Source: SAR86 cluster bacterium | GTDB taxonomy: Bacteria > Pseudomonadota > Gammaproteobacteria > Magnimaribacterales > TMED112 | DNA length: 64,000 nt | Assembly (NCBI GenBank): GCA_023703535.1 | Contig: CP097967.1 | Location: 412,543 to 476,542 of the forward strand | Direction of reading: 5' to 3' | In this document: positions 30,048-39,736 of the stretch, one piece after another | Position numbering within the stretch: position 1 is the first letter of the stretch | Layout: each line of letters opens with the position of its first letter | The notes under the pieces: model-generated | The model's database searches: none | What the model saw: the letters and a program-made list of their open reading frames with translations, nothing else | Told to the model about the DNA's origin: nothing | Translations under genes and position numbers: made by a program

Positions 30048-30695
30048 TCACTCTCCTAAATGGAAATTAATAATCTTTAAGATTGTATCAGCACGCTCTG
30101 CAAATGAAATATCATGAGTAGCATACAATACAAGACAGTCATTATTTTTTGCATACTCAAGTATAAAATCTTGAACATTTTTACTATTTTCCCTGTCTAA
30201 ATTTCCTGTTGGCTCATCTAATAAAAGTATTTTTGGACTAGATGATATAGCTCTTGCTACAGCAGCTCTTTGTTGCTCGCCTCCTGATATTTCAGAAGGA
30301 TATTTATGCTTAAGATTCAATATGTTTAAACTTTCTAAACTTTTGCTTATTTCTGGTGAATCCTCTCCAAAATTGGCTGCCAAACAGTTTTCATAAATAG
30401 TTAAATTTTCTAAAAGGTAATGAAATTGATATACAAATCCAAAATTATCTCTCCTAATCTTGCTTTTATAATTTTGATTTTGATCATGAAGTTCACGATC
30501 CAGTACTTTTATGGAGCCACTATTAAAATCATCGAGACCAGAAATAATATTTAAAAAAGTTGTTTTACCAGATCCAGAAGGACCAACGAGGCTGTATGAC
30601 TTATTTGATTCAAACGTGAAATTCATTTCTTCAAAAACCTTATGGATTAGCTTACCTTCCCCATAATTCTTTGAAACATTCTCTAATTTAATCAT
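30048..30695 (-). CDS. lolD: lipoprotein-releasing system ATP-binding protein
   Basis: 215 aa with Walker A GPSGSGKTT, signature ISGGEQQRAAVARA and Walker B ILLLDEPTGNLD. Overlaps the upstream permease gene by 4 nt. Confidence 0.8.
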   Translation of the reverse strand: MIKLENVSKNYGEGKLIHKVFEEMNFTFESNKSYSLVGPSGSGKTTFLNIISGLDDFNSGSIKVLDRELHDQNQNYKSKIRRDNFGFVYQFHYLLENLTIYENCLAANFGEDSPEISKSLESLNILNLKHKYPSEISGGEQQRAAVARAISSSPKILLLDEPTGNLDRENSKNVQDFILEYAKNNDCLVLYATHDISFAERADTILKIINFHLGE

Positions 30696-31903
30696 TTTAT
30701 AATTGAAACAGGATTTGTATTTGCAGCTTTATTTGCAGGAATAATTCCAAAAGAAATTATTAAAAAAATAGCAACAAGGTTAATTATTACAACATCTTCA
30801 AAGTGAACTATTGAAGGGAAGTATTCTAAATAATAGACATCTAAGACTGTGATGCCAAAAATTTGCGATAAAAAATTAAAAAATTCAGTAATGTTTAAAG
30901 ATAAAAAAATGCCCATTAGATTTCCTAAAAAAATGCCAATAGCTCCTATGATGCCAATTAGTTGAATGAAGATGAGCTGTATTTCTGTTTTGGAATATCC
31001 AAAAGTTCTTAATATTGCAATCTCCTTTTCATTTGCTCTTATAAGATTGTTAATTGATATTAAGAGGCTGAAGATTGCAACGAGCAATATTAATGAAATG
31101 AGCAGTGAGATCATCACCCTTTCTAATTGAACAGCTCTGAAAAGGCCTCCATACGAACTATTCCAGCTTATAGCCGAAATTTGATCAGATTTAAGCTTCA
31201 TCAAAATATCCCTTCTAGTTTGACTCGCTTGCAAGACGTCATTAAGTTTGATTTCAATTTTTTCACCATTTTTTGGATTGAATATCGATTTAAATGATGT
31301 CTTGCTAATAAGTGCATATTTTTGATCTATCTCAGAGCCAACTGAAAAAATTCCAACAATTTTAAATGGAATAATTTTTGGCATTTCTTCCAATGGATTT
31401 TCTTCATCTATTACAACAATGTTTACAAATTCATTTGGAAATTTTCCTAATTCAAGAGCTAGTCCCTCTCCCAAAATAATATTATTCCCATTCTCTAGGT
31501 TCAAAAGACTGCCAATACTCAAGAAATCTGGAATTATAGAAAGCTCTGATATTACATCAGTGCCTTTGATTAGTGCTCCTGTAGTGATATTTTCAGAATT
31601 TAATATCGTCTCTTTTGAAAAAAATGTTGATGTTGAGCTAATGCGAGAGTCAGATGCAATTTTTTCAATTGTATCTTTTGAGCTTATGAAGCCCCCCTTC
31701 TTTTCCAGAACTATATGGGGAATTACGCCAAGAATTCTTTTCCTTAGTTCATTCTCAAAACCATTCATAACTGAAACAACTGTTATTAACACAGCTATTC
31801 CGATGCTTACACCAAGTGTTGTAAGTATTGAAAGAGAGGATAATTTATTTGACCCCTTTTTTAGAAGATACCTAAATGAAATTTTATTGAGGAATGTGAT
31901 CAA
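30692..31903 (-). CDS. lipoprotein-releasing system permease (LolC/LolE/LolF type)
   Basis: 403 aa with MacB/FtsX topology: TM1, a ~200-aa periplasmic domain, then three C-terminal TM segments. The N-terminus FRYLLKKGSNKLSSLS..GVSIGIAVLI is typical of LolC/E. Confidence 0.78.
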   Translation of the reverse strand: MITFLNKISFRYLLKKGSNKLSSLSILTTLGVSIGIAVLITVVSVMNGFENELRKRILGVIPHIVLEKKGGFISSKDTIEKIASDSRISSTSTFFSKETILNSENITTGALIKGTDVISELSIIPDFLSIGSLLNLENGNNIILGEGLALELGKFPNEFVNIVVIDEENPLEEMPKIIPFKIVGIFSVGSEIDQKYALISKTSFKSIFNPKNGEKIEIKLNDVLQASQTRRDILMKLKSDQISAISWNSSYGGLFRAVQLERVMISLLISLILLVAIFSLLISINNLIRANEKEIAILRTFGYSKTEIQLIFIQLIGIIGAIGIFLGNLMGIFLSLNITEFFNFLSQIFGITVLDVYYLEYFPSIVHFEDVVIINLVAIFLIISFGIIPANKAANTNPVSIIK

Positions 31904-33297
31904 GAAATTCTTTTCATTAAATCTAAGAAAGCTTTGAAAGATTTTCCTCTGGGAGGCCGCATTGCTTCGAAGATTTTATCAAATTTACTTTGGTAATACA
32001 CAGCGCGAAGATTACTAAAATTCAAGAATCCTTCATAACCATGATAATGTCCATATCCTGAAGGTCCAACACCTCCAAATGGTAAATGTGATTGTGCAAG
32101 ATGAAACATTACATCATTAATAGTTACCCCACCTGATTTTGTGTTATTAATTACAAAATCTTGCTCAGTTTTTTTATTTCCAAAAAAATAGAGACCTAAT
32201 GGATGATCATGCGAATTTATATAATTTGTTACTTCATCCAATTTTTCAAAAGTCATCAATGGAAGAAGTGGACCAAAGACCTCATTCTTCATTACTTCCA
32301 TGTCATCGTTTACATTCAGAATGACTTTAGTGCCCATTAAGTTAATCTCTTGATTATCGAAATTCCCCAATTCAATTACTGATGCACCTTTTGCTTGAGC
32401 ATCATTTAAATAAAGTTCCATTCTTTCAAAATGATCTTTATTAACCATTGAGGTGTATGTGTCTTCTCCATCAGCAGTTGGAAAGAATTCTGCAAAAACA
32501 CTTTTCAAAGCATCAACAAAATCATCTTCTAACCCTTTTTTAATGAAAATATAATCAGGCGATAAACAGATTTGTCCATTATTCAAGGTTTTAACGAATA
32601 ATATTCTTTTTGCAGCAAGTTTTAAGTCTGCATCATCAGAAATTATTGTTGGACTTTTTCCACCTAGCTCCATGGTAGTAGGGACTATATTTTCCGCAGT
32701 TTGACTAAGCACCTTCTTGGCAATTCTCCCACTGCCGGTATACAGAAGATGATCGAAGGGAAGTTTTGAAAACTCCTCACCCACTTCAGGACCACCAAGA
32801 AAAATCGCAAATTCTGATTTATCAAAATATTTTTCAACTGCTTCTTTTATTAGCTGCGAAGTATTTGGAGTAAATTCTGATGGTTTTGCCATTACTGTAT
32901 TACCTGCTGCAAAAATGGATGCTGTGGGATAAAACACCATTCCAACAGGAAAATTCCAAGGTGCAATAACTCCTACACTTCCTAGCGGAGAAGGAATCAT
33001 ATATGACTTTGCTCCAAGAAATCCAGCTCCGTATTCCGATGGCCTTTTTATCGACTTCATCCATTTTTTTGTATTCTTAATAGAAAAATTTAGCGTTCTA
33101 AGCGTTTGAGATATTTCTGATGTAATTATTTCGTACTTTGATCTCATCTTATAATCAGCATTTAAGCTTTCAATTATTTGATCATCATGTGTTTCTATAA
33201 GAGCAACGCATCTTTTTAATCTATCTAATCTTTGTTCTAGAGATGGATGTCCATTCTCAATAAAGTTTCTTTTTTGTAAATCTAAAATATCTTTCAT
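31900..33297 (-). CDS. NAD(P)-dependent aldehyde dehydrogenase (ALDH3/coniferyl-aldehyde dehydrogenase-like)
   Basis: 465 aa with catalytic Glu motif MELGGKSP and Cys motif NNGQICLSPDY. Confidence 0.8.
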   Translation of the reverse strand: MKDILDLQKRNFIENGHPSLEQRLDRLKRCVALIETHDDQIIESLNADYKMRSKYEIITSEISQTLRTLNFSIKNTKKWMKSIKRPSEYGAGFLGAKSYMIPSPLGSVGVIAPWNFPVGMVFYPTASIFAAGNTVMAKPSEFTPNTSQLIKEAVEKYFDKSEFAIFLGGPEVGEEFSKLPFDHLLYTGSGRIAKKVLSQTAENIVPTTMELGGKSPTIISDDADLKLAAKRILFVKTLNNGQICLSPDYIFIKKGLEDDFVDALKSVFAEFFPTADGEDTYTSMVNKDHFERMELYLNDAQAKGASVIELGNFDNQEINLMGTKVILNVNDDMEVMKNEVFGPLLPLMTFEKLDEVTNYINSHDHPLGLYFFGNKKTEQDFVINNTKSGGVTINDVMFHLAQSHLPFGGVGPSGYGHYHGYEGFLNFSNLRAVYYQSKFDKIFEAMRPPRGKSFKAFLDLMKRIS

Positions 33298-33301
33298 AGC
33301 T

Positions 33302-34348
33302 TTATTTAACTAAGTCAATTATACACTCTACCCAGCTGTCATTGGAGTTTAATGAAGGTACATAATCAAGTTTTTGACCACCATGTTCCTCAAAAAGTTC
33401 CTTATATTCACTACCAATTTCAACAACTGTTTCAAGACAATCTATGGTAAATGATGGCGATACAACTAATAGACTTTTTGCTCCAGACTCTGCTAGATCT
33501 TTTATTACTTTATCTGAAAAAGGCTTTACCCATCCAGAATCAAGTCTAGATTGAAAAGAAGTAACAATCTTTTTATTTGGAAGTTTGAGTTTTTTGTTTA
33601 TTAACTTTGTGGTTTCAAAACAGGTGGCTTTATAACAATAGTGGTTATCACCATGAACTCCTTTCTCACAATCTCTATCCGAGCACAACCCCTCTTCATA
33701 TACATCATTTAGTTGACTCACAGGCAAGCCGTGATAGCTAAAGATTACTTTGTCATACTTTTTTAAATCAAATTTTTTAATATTTTCGACAAATGCATTG
33801 ATAAATTTTGGATTATCATAAAATTGGTCGATGGTTGTGATCTTTGGAATGACAGTCCATGAAGAAATCTCTTTAAATGTTTTTTCTAAAAATGAACCAG
33901 TTGTTGCAGATGAGTACTGAGGAAATATTGGAAAAAGAATAATTTCATTAAATCCTTTTTTTTCGATTTTCTTTAAAACTGAATTTATTGAGGGATTTTT
34001 GTAACGCATGGCGTAAAAAACTGCATGCGATTTATTTAATTTTTTTGAGACTTTTTTGACTAAGTCCTCCATATGGAATTTTAATGGAGAGCCCCTTTTA
34101 GTCCATAACTCCTTATATCCCTTTGAGGATGAAAATGATCTTGTGGGTACAATTATCAAATTGACTAAAAGGTATCTAAGCAAGGACGGAATATTTATCA
34201 TCCTTGAATCAGTTAAAAATTCGCTCAAGTATTTACCAACATCGATTACTCCTGGGCTATCTGGAGTGCCAAGATTAAGCATTAAAAGCGCTTTTTTACT
34301 TGTATTCATTAGTTTTAAGTATATACGGATGGAACATTGTAAATGCAA
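33302..34348 (-). CDS. hemH: ferrochelatase
   Basis: LLMLNLGTPDSP.., ..IILFPIFPQYS and ..FSYHGLP motifs. The likely true start is ATG 34309 (MNTSKKALLML..), 39 nt inside the listed ORF. Confidence 0.85.
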   Translation of the reverse strand: MHLQCSIRIYLKLMNTSKKALLMLNLGTPDSPGVIDVGKYLSEFLTDSRMINIPSLLRYLLVNLIIVPTRSFSSSKGYKELWTKRGSPLKFHMEDLVKKVSKKLNKSHAVFYAMRYKNPSINSVLKKIEKKGFNEIILFPIFPQYSSATTGSFLEKTFKEISSWTVIPKITTIDQFYDNPKFINAFVENIKKFDLKKYDKVIFSYHGLPVSQLNDVYEEGLCSDRDCEKGVHGDNHYCYKATCFETTKLINKKLKLPNKKIVTSFQSRLDSGWVKPFSDKVIKDLAESGAKSLLVVSPSFTIDCLETVVEIGSEYKELFEEHGGQKLDYVPSLNSNDSWVECIIDLVK

Positions 34349-35501
34349 CTGTTATAACGCAAACAATTGCTGATAAAGAATATAGATAAAAATAACCATA
34401 GACATAAAGAGAAACAAATAATGGTGCAATCATGTGTCCTATAGGGTATGTGCTACCCAGAAGGCCTGCTGCCGAGCTTTGAAAAGACTCATCATGGCTC
34501 TGAGATAAAGCTGAAGCATAACTTGGCCTAACTATTGCAAAACCTATACCATTTAAAATTAAGGCACCTATAAGAGAAAAAATATCATTTACATATATCA
34601 AAGCTATGAATGACAAAAATGCCAAGACAGGGCCTAACAACATCATTGTTTTTAACGACTTAAATAATGGAGTTATAAATGTTTGTGTTATCACTATAGA
34701 TGTTGAATATATGCCAAAGGAAATGCTTACATAAACAGCTGCATCTTGTGCAGAATAGCCTAATTTATCAAATATATAGAACCCTAAGGTTTGAAATATA
34801 ATAGCCTGTGTAATGCTCATAAACGATGAAAGAACAACAAACGGCCATACTTTTTGGTCGCCAATTTTTAGCCTTTTTGGTTTGCTTAAAACTGCTTTTG
34901 TAGATTCAAGATTTCGAAGCCTAATATTCAGCTGTAATGCTGCTAATAATCCTAACATTGAAAATAGTATGAATGGAATCTCATTATTAGCGAATCTGAA
35001 GAAGAATGCTCCAACGATCGGTCCCAATATAGTTCCTAAGACAAAGCCAGATTCAAGGTTTGCAAAAATTGTTGTTCTGTTTTTGCTAGAAGAGATTCTT
35101 CCTGCATATCCGAATAAAGCAGGTCTTGTTGCTGAACCAAATATGCCATAAACCATTCTGCAAGCTATTAGAGAAGGCAGAAGTGCAGCTGATGTAATGA
35201 ATCCACGATCAAATAGAAAAATCGGAAGTATTATCAAAAACATATTAGCTGAATAACCAAGAGAACCAATTAACGCTACAGTTCTTGTTCCAAATTTATC
35301 GCTATACCTTCCCCACAAGGGAGACATAAAAAACCACGCAAAAGCTGAAACTCCAAAGACAAGAGAAACTTCTACTTCATTCAATCCCTGTTCTCTTGCG
35401 AAAATTGGTATTGAAGTAAAAACCAATGACTGGCCAAGACCAATAGTAAACATTGTAAAAAAAATCCATAGATAATTTTTTTCACTACGTGTTTTATACA
35501 T
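34296..35501 (-). CDS. MFS transporter
   Basis: 401 aa with about 12 hydrophobic segments and the MFS loop motif GRYSDKFGTR. Confidence 0.7.
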   Translation of the reverse strand: MYKTRSEKNYLWIFFTMFTIGLGQSLVFTSIPIFAREQGLNEVEVSLVFGVSAFAWFFMSPLWGRYSDKFGTRTVALIGSLGYSANMFLIILPIFLFDRGFITSAALLPSLIACRMVYGIFGSATRPALFGYAGRISSSKNRTTIFANLESGFVLGTILGPIVGAFFFRFANNEIPFILFSMLGLLAALQLNIRLRNLESTKAVLSKPKRLKIGDQKVWPFVVLSSFMSITQAIIFQTLGFYIFDKLGYSAQDAAVYVSISFGIYSTSIVITQTFITPLFKSLKTMMLLGPVLAFLSFIALIYVNDIFSLIGALILNGIGFAIVRPSYASALSQSHDESFQSSAAGLLGSTYPIGHMIAPLFVSLYVYGYFYLYSLSAIVCVITVAFTMFHPYILKTNEYK

Positions 35502-35506
35502 TCAAT

Positions 35507-36502
35507 TTAGAATTTAGAAATACCAATTGAACTTTTAACTTCTTCTAATAATGGCTTTGTAAATGCCCTTACTTTTTTTGCATTAGATTGAAGAATTTCC
35601 TCAAGATAATTTTCTTTAGATTTTAGTTCAGCATGTTTTTCACGTATAGGAGTTAAAAGCTTGTTTAATTCTTCGAAAACAATTTTTTTTGCATCTCCCC
35701 ACCCTATTCCATCGCTAAATTTGTTTTGCAGTTCTTTTATGGAGTTTTCGTCTGCAAATGAGGAGTATATCGAAGATAAAATATTATCCTCCCATTCTTT
35801 TTTCTCTCCTGGTTCTTGGGAGTTTGTTATTATCTTCATAACTGATTTTTTTAATTCATCTTCGCCTGAAAGTAATGGAATTATGTTGTTGTAGCTTTTG
35901 GACATTTTTCTTCCATCAGTACCTAAAACTGTTTTCTCTTCATTTATTACAGCTTCAGGAATGTTAAAGGTATTTCCAAATTTTTTATTAAACTTTTCTG
36001 CAATGTCTCTTGTTATTTCTAAGTGCTGCTGCTGATCTTTTCCAACTGGAACATGAGTAGCATTTGGACATAAAATATCACTAGCCATTAGTATTGGATA
36101 AGAAAATAGTCCAGCTGATATTCCCTCTTCAACATCTTTTTTACCATTTTCTTTATTTAAATCAGTTGCCGCTTTGTAGGCATGAGATCTGTTTAAAAGA
36201 CCTTTTTCAGCGATACAAGATAATATCCATGCGAGTTCACTCACTTCAGGAATATCAGATTGTCTGTAAAAATAAGTTTTTTCTGGATCTAATCCTGAAG
36301 CTAACCATGCTAATGCAATTCCTTTGGTAAGCTCTTTAAGTTGTTTAGCATCACTAATTTTTATAATGGCATGCAAATCTGCGATGAATAAAAATGACTC
36401 ATTATCTTTTTTTGCTAAGTCTAAAGAGGGCTTAATTGCACCAACATAATTTCCTAAATGAGGATAGCCACTTGGTGTAATACCTGTTAAAATGCGTTTC
36501 AT
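35507..36502 (-). CDS. trpS: tryptophan-tRNA ligase
   Basis: 331 aa with HIGH-type motif PSGYPHLGNY and KMSKS motif GRKMSKSY. Confidence 0.9.
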   Translation of the reverse strand: MKRILTGITPSGYPHLGNYVGAIKPSLDLAKKDNESFLFIADLHAIIKISDAKQLKELTKGIALAWLASGLDPEKTYFYRQSDIPEVSELAWILSCIAEKGLLNRSHAYKAATDLNKENGKKDVEEGISAGLFSYPILMASDILCPNATHVPVGKDQQQHLEITRDIAEKFNKKFGNTFNIPEAVINEEKTVLGTDGRKMSKSYNNIIPLLSGEDELKKSVMKIITNSQEPGEKKEWEDNILSSIYSSFADENSIKELQNKFSDGIGWGDAKKIVFEELNKLLTPIREKHAELKSKENYLEEILQSNAKKVRAFTKPLLEEVKSSIGISKF

Positions 36503-36541
36503 ATTTGTATTGAGGATTATAAATAATAATAAACTAGATTT

Positions 36542-37960
36542 GTGGGAGAGAGAGCAATAAATTTAAATCAACAGCTTAATTATATTGAGCAACTTTTTTC
36601 TTCAGGCCAAATAAAAAAGGCACAAAAAGACCTAAGAAAGCTAAATACGCAATTTGGCAGAGATAAACCAATTCCCTCAAAATTTAAGCACAGATTTCAA
36701 AGATTAAATTTTACTGCAAAAGAATTTGATGATTGGGCAGAATTTGCAACATCAGATAAGCGAACTGAATTAATTAGCAAGGTAAATTCACTTACAAATC
36801 AAAAACTTGAACCACGCAAATTAGCAAACCAAATAAATTCTCTTCAAAAGCAATGGCAAAACCTTGATCAGCATGGGAAGACTGCGAGTAAGGAAAAATG
36901 GGCATCATTTAAAACTGCCTGTGAAGAGGCTTGGGCACCTTGTAAAGATTATTTTCAAGAACTTGAAGGTAAAAAGGAAGAGAATAGAGATAAAAAACTT
37001 TCACTAATAGAACAGGTAATTTCCTTTCCCTCTGGCAAGACTGAAGAAACGATTACTGTAAAAGAAATTGTTAGTTTCCTTAAAACTCTCCATGAGAAGT
37101 GGAAATCTTTTTCGCCAGTTCCAGACGCTGATTTTCAAGATTTAAATAAAAAATTTAAAGAGTCTAAAAAAGGAATAAATAAACTTCTATCTGATGTAGA
37201 AAATTTCAATAAAGTTAAAAAAGAAGAGGTAATTAATTTAGTTAAAGAACTAGATAAAGAAAATATTGATGAATCAATAGCAAAAATTCACGAATACAAG
37301 GAACAATGGAGAAGGCTCGGTCCATGTGGAAGAAAGTTAGATCCAGAAGTGAATAAACAATTTGAAGATCATTGCAACGAATTTTTGCTAATTAAAGATA
37401 AAGAGTTAGATGAGTCAAGAGGAATTTTTGAAGCAATCCTGAAAGATTTAAGAGACAAAAACATTACTCCTGGTGAAGCAGAGCAGAAATTTACAGAGTT
37501 AGAGAATTTACAGGATCAGCCTGAGGCTAAGAAATTTAAAAAAGCAATTAAAGATTACGCTGAAAAGCAGAAAAATGAAAAAGTTCAAGAGAAACTTAAA
37601 ATTTATCAAACCTTTATTGAGAGCTTAGTAGATAAAGGTGCCGAAAAGATTTCAAAAGAACTTGTACCATCATTTGTTAACGGTAAGCCAAAAAATGAAA
37701 TGGATCTAAATGAGGCATCAATTCGTTTTCAAATGTTTGCCGGACTTGATCCCATTGGCCCAAAAGAGATAGTCTCCAAAATTAAATTCGAAGAATTAAA
37801 AAACAGATTTGCTGAGAAAGATATAAACCAAGAGGAAAAGGTTGTTGAGCATTTCACAAATCTTACTTATTCAAAGAATTTAATTGATAAAGAAAACCTT
37901 TCTGATGTTAAAAAAGCAATGTTAAAAGCCTTAAAGAAAGTTGAGACATTGCTTCCGTAA
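36542..37960 (+). CDS. DUF349-repeat protein
   Basis: 472 aa, GTG start, Lys/Glu-rich and helical. It has repeated W-x(2-3)-[LF]-G/S-P modules (KQWQNLDQHGK.., HEKWKSFSPVPD.., KEQWRRLGPCGR..) as in DUF349. Confidence 0.6.
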   Translation: MGERAINLNQQLNYIEQLFSSGQIKKAQKDLRKLNTQFGRDKPIPSKFKHRFQRLNFTAKEFDDWAEFATSDKRTELISKVNSLTNQKLEPRKLANQINSLQKQWQNLDQHGKTASKEKWASFKTACEEAWAPCKDYFQELEGKKEENRDKKLSLIEQVISFPSGKTEETITVKEIVSFLKTLHEKWKSFSPVPDADFQDLNKKFKESKKGINKLLSDVENFNKVKKEEVINLVKELDKENIDESIAKIHEYKEQWRRLGPCGRKLDPEVNKQFEDHCNEFLLIKDKELDESRGIFEAILKDLRDKNITPGEAEQKFTELENLQDQPEAKKFKKAIKDYAEKQKNEKVQEKLKIYQTFIESLVDKGAEKISKELVPSFVNGKPKNEMDLNEASIRFQMFAGLDPIGPKEIVSKIKFEELKNRFAEKDINQEEKVVEHFTNLTYSKNLIDKENLSDVKKAMLKALKKVETLLP

Positions 37961-38030
37961 TTAAAAAAATTTTGAAATTTATTTTATTTTTGCTATTTTT
38001 TTACTTTAATTTAATCTTACATTAATAACT

Positions 38031-39275
38031 ATGCATACTTCTGACTTAATAGCATACGCAGCACCAATCTTCACATTTATGATATTTTGTGAATTTGTGT
38101 ATGGGTATTTTAAAAACCGAAATAATTACAGATTAAATGACACATTTACAAGCATATCTCTTGGGATGATGAGTAGATTTCCTGTTTATTTGCAATTAGG
38201 AGTTCAGGGTATAGTTTATGCATTCATATGGAATCAATTTAATCTTGGGTTATTAAATTCTTATACACCTCTTACTTGGATTTTAGCCTTCGTTTTATAT
38301 GATTTAAGTTATTATTGGCTTCACAGATGCCATCACGAGATTAAATTCTTATGGGCATCACATGTGGTTCATCATCATGGGGAAGAATTTAATCTTTCAA
38401 CAGCCTTAAGACAAACTGGTACTGATTTTATTTTTAAATGGGTTTTTTACACTCCTATGCTGTTCCTTGGGGTGCCTCCAGAAATTTTTGTTACTGTTGC
38501 AGCATTAAACCTTATTTATCAATTCTGGGTACATACAGAACATATTGATAGATTAGGATTCCTAGATTATATTTTTGTCACTCCATCAAATCACAGAATT
38601 CATCATGCTCAAAACAAGGAGTATATAGATGCCAATTATGGTGGAGTCTTTATTATCTGGGACATAATATTCGGTACGTTTAAAGATGAGAGAAAAGAAC
38701 TGAAGCCTATTTATGGGACTTCTAAACCTCTAAAATCGTGGAACCCATTTTGGGCAAATTTTGAAGTTTGGACAGAAATTTTCAAGGATACTTGGAGAAC
38801 GAAAAGTTGGAAAGATAAGTTTAAAGTTTGGATTTCTAGACCAAAATGGAGGCCTAAAGATGTTTCTGAGAAATTTCCTATTCAAAAAAATGATCTAAGA
38901 GAGTTTAAAAAATATGATCCTAAAGTTACACTATTTGCGAAAATCTTTGGTTTTGGCCAATTAGTCTTTGGTAGCTTTTATTCGCAGTCATTCTTTTTCA
39001 ACGTAAGCTCAATGGGAACAACAGAAATATTTTTAATTGGAGTTAACATTACCATGATTTTGGTTTTTGCATCACTGTTATTCGAGGGCAAGGGCTTTGG
39101 GTATCATTTGGAATTTGCTCGAGCAATTTTGGTACTTCTAGCCATCTACTTTGGACAATTTGAATTTATGCAACTGACAGTATTAATTCATGCAATTATT
39201 TGCGCTCTTCTAGCGGGATATATGGCAGTTAGTAATAAGACTGTAGAATTTAACGAAGCTCGCTCGGAATCTTAA
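38031..39275 (+). CDS. fatty acid hydroxylase / sterol desaturase superfamily membrane protein with extra C-terminal TM domain
   Basis: 414 aa with di-iron histidine boxes HRCHHE, HVVHHH and HRIHHAQ in the first ~220 aa. A ~130-aa hydrophobic C-terminal region follows. Confidence 0.72.
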   Translation: MHTSDLIAYAAPIFTFMIFCEFVYGYFKNRNNYRLNDTFTSISLGMMSRFPVYLQLGVQGIVYAFIWNQFNLGLLNSYTPLTWILAFVLYDLSYYWLHRCHHEIKFLWASHVVHHHGEEFNLSTALRQTGTDFIFKWVFYTPMLFLGVPPEIFVTVAALNLIYQFWVHTEHIDRLGFLDYIFVTPSNHRIHHAQNKEYIDANYGGVFIIWDIIFGTFKDERKELKPIYGTSKPLKSWNPFWANFEVWTEIFKDTWRTKSWKDKFKVWISRPKWRPKDVSEKFPIQKNDLREFKKYDPKVTLFAKIFGFGQLVFGSFYSQSFFFNVSSMGTTEIFLIGVNITMILVFASLLFEGKGFGYHLEFARAILVLLAIYFGQFEFMQLTVLIHAIICALLAGYMAVSNKTVEFNEARSES

Positions 39276-39732
39276 ATTCAGTCAACGTACCTGAATCTTC
39301 ACATACATTTGCCCATTTACCGTCAAATTCAAAACTCGCTAATCCACATGTTGAAAATTTTTCAATAAATTTACCTGAAAAACTTTCACTAAATTCGTGC
39401 ATCGAGGGATTGTGTCCAACAATCATTAGAGACTTTATATCTTCCTCAATGTGTTTTAAAACTGAATATATATTTTGTTCAGATGAATGATATATAGTTT
39501 CATCAAAAATAATATTTTGAGTAGTTTTATTAAAGAAATGATCAAGAGTTTCTTTAGTTCTTTTTGATGGGCTGGAAACCACTAGATCCAGTCCCTTTCT
39601 TTTTGATTTAAAAAAATTCCCCATTAGATCAGCATCTTGTATTCCTCTAGTAGATAATGGCCTATCAAAGTCTTTAAGAGCAAAATCATCCCAACTTGAT
39701 TTGGCATGTCTTAATAGATATAAATTTTTCAT
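39250..39732 (-). CDS. histidine phosphatase family protein (SixA-like)
   Basis: 160 aa with LYLLRHAKSSW (RHG/RHA catalytic motif) and a later GHNP motif. It lies 4 nt downstream of the FMO gene. Confidence 0.7.
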   Translation of the reverse strand: MKNLYLLRHAKSSWDDFALKDFDRPLSTRGIQDADLMGNFFKSKRKGLDLVVSSPSKRTKETLDHFFNKTTQNIIFDETIYHSSEQNIYSVLKHIEEDIKSLMIVGHNPSMHEFSESFSGKFIEKFSTCGLASFEFDGKWANVCEDSGTLTEFKIPSELR

Positions 39733-39736
39733 GTTT

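Noticed and set aside
31419-31937. 172-aa plus-strand ORF, the longest unexplained ORF in the track
   Set aside because: It lies almost entirely antisense to the well-supported LolC/E permease gene and is offset by one base from that gene's codon phase. Its low-complexity Ser/Phe/Ile-rich translation has no recognisable motif, so it is a typical shadow ORF.
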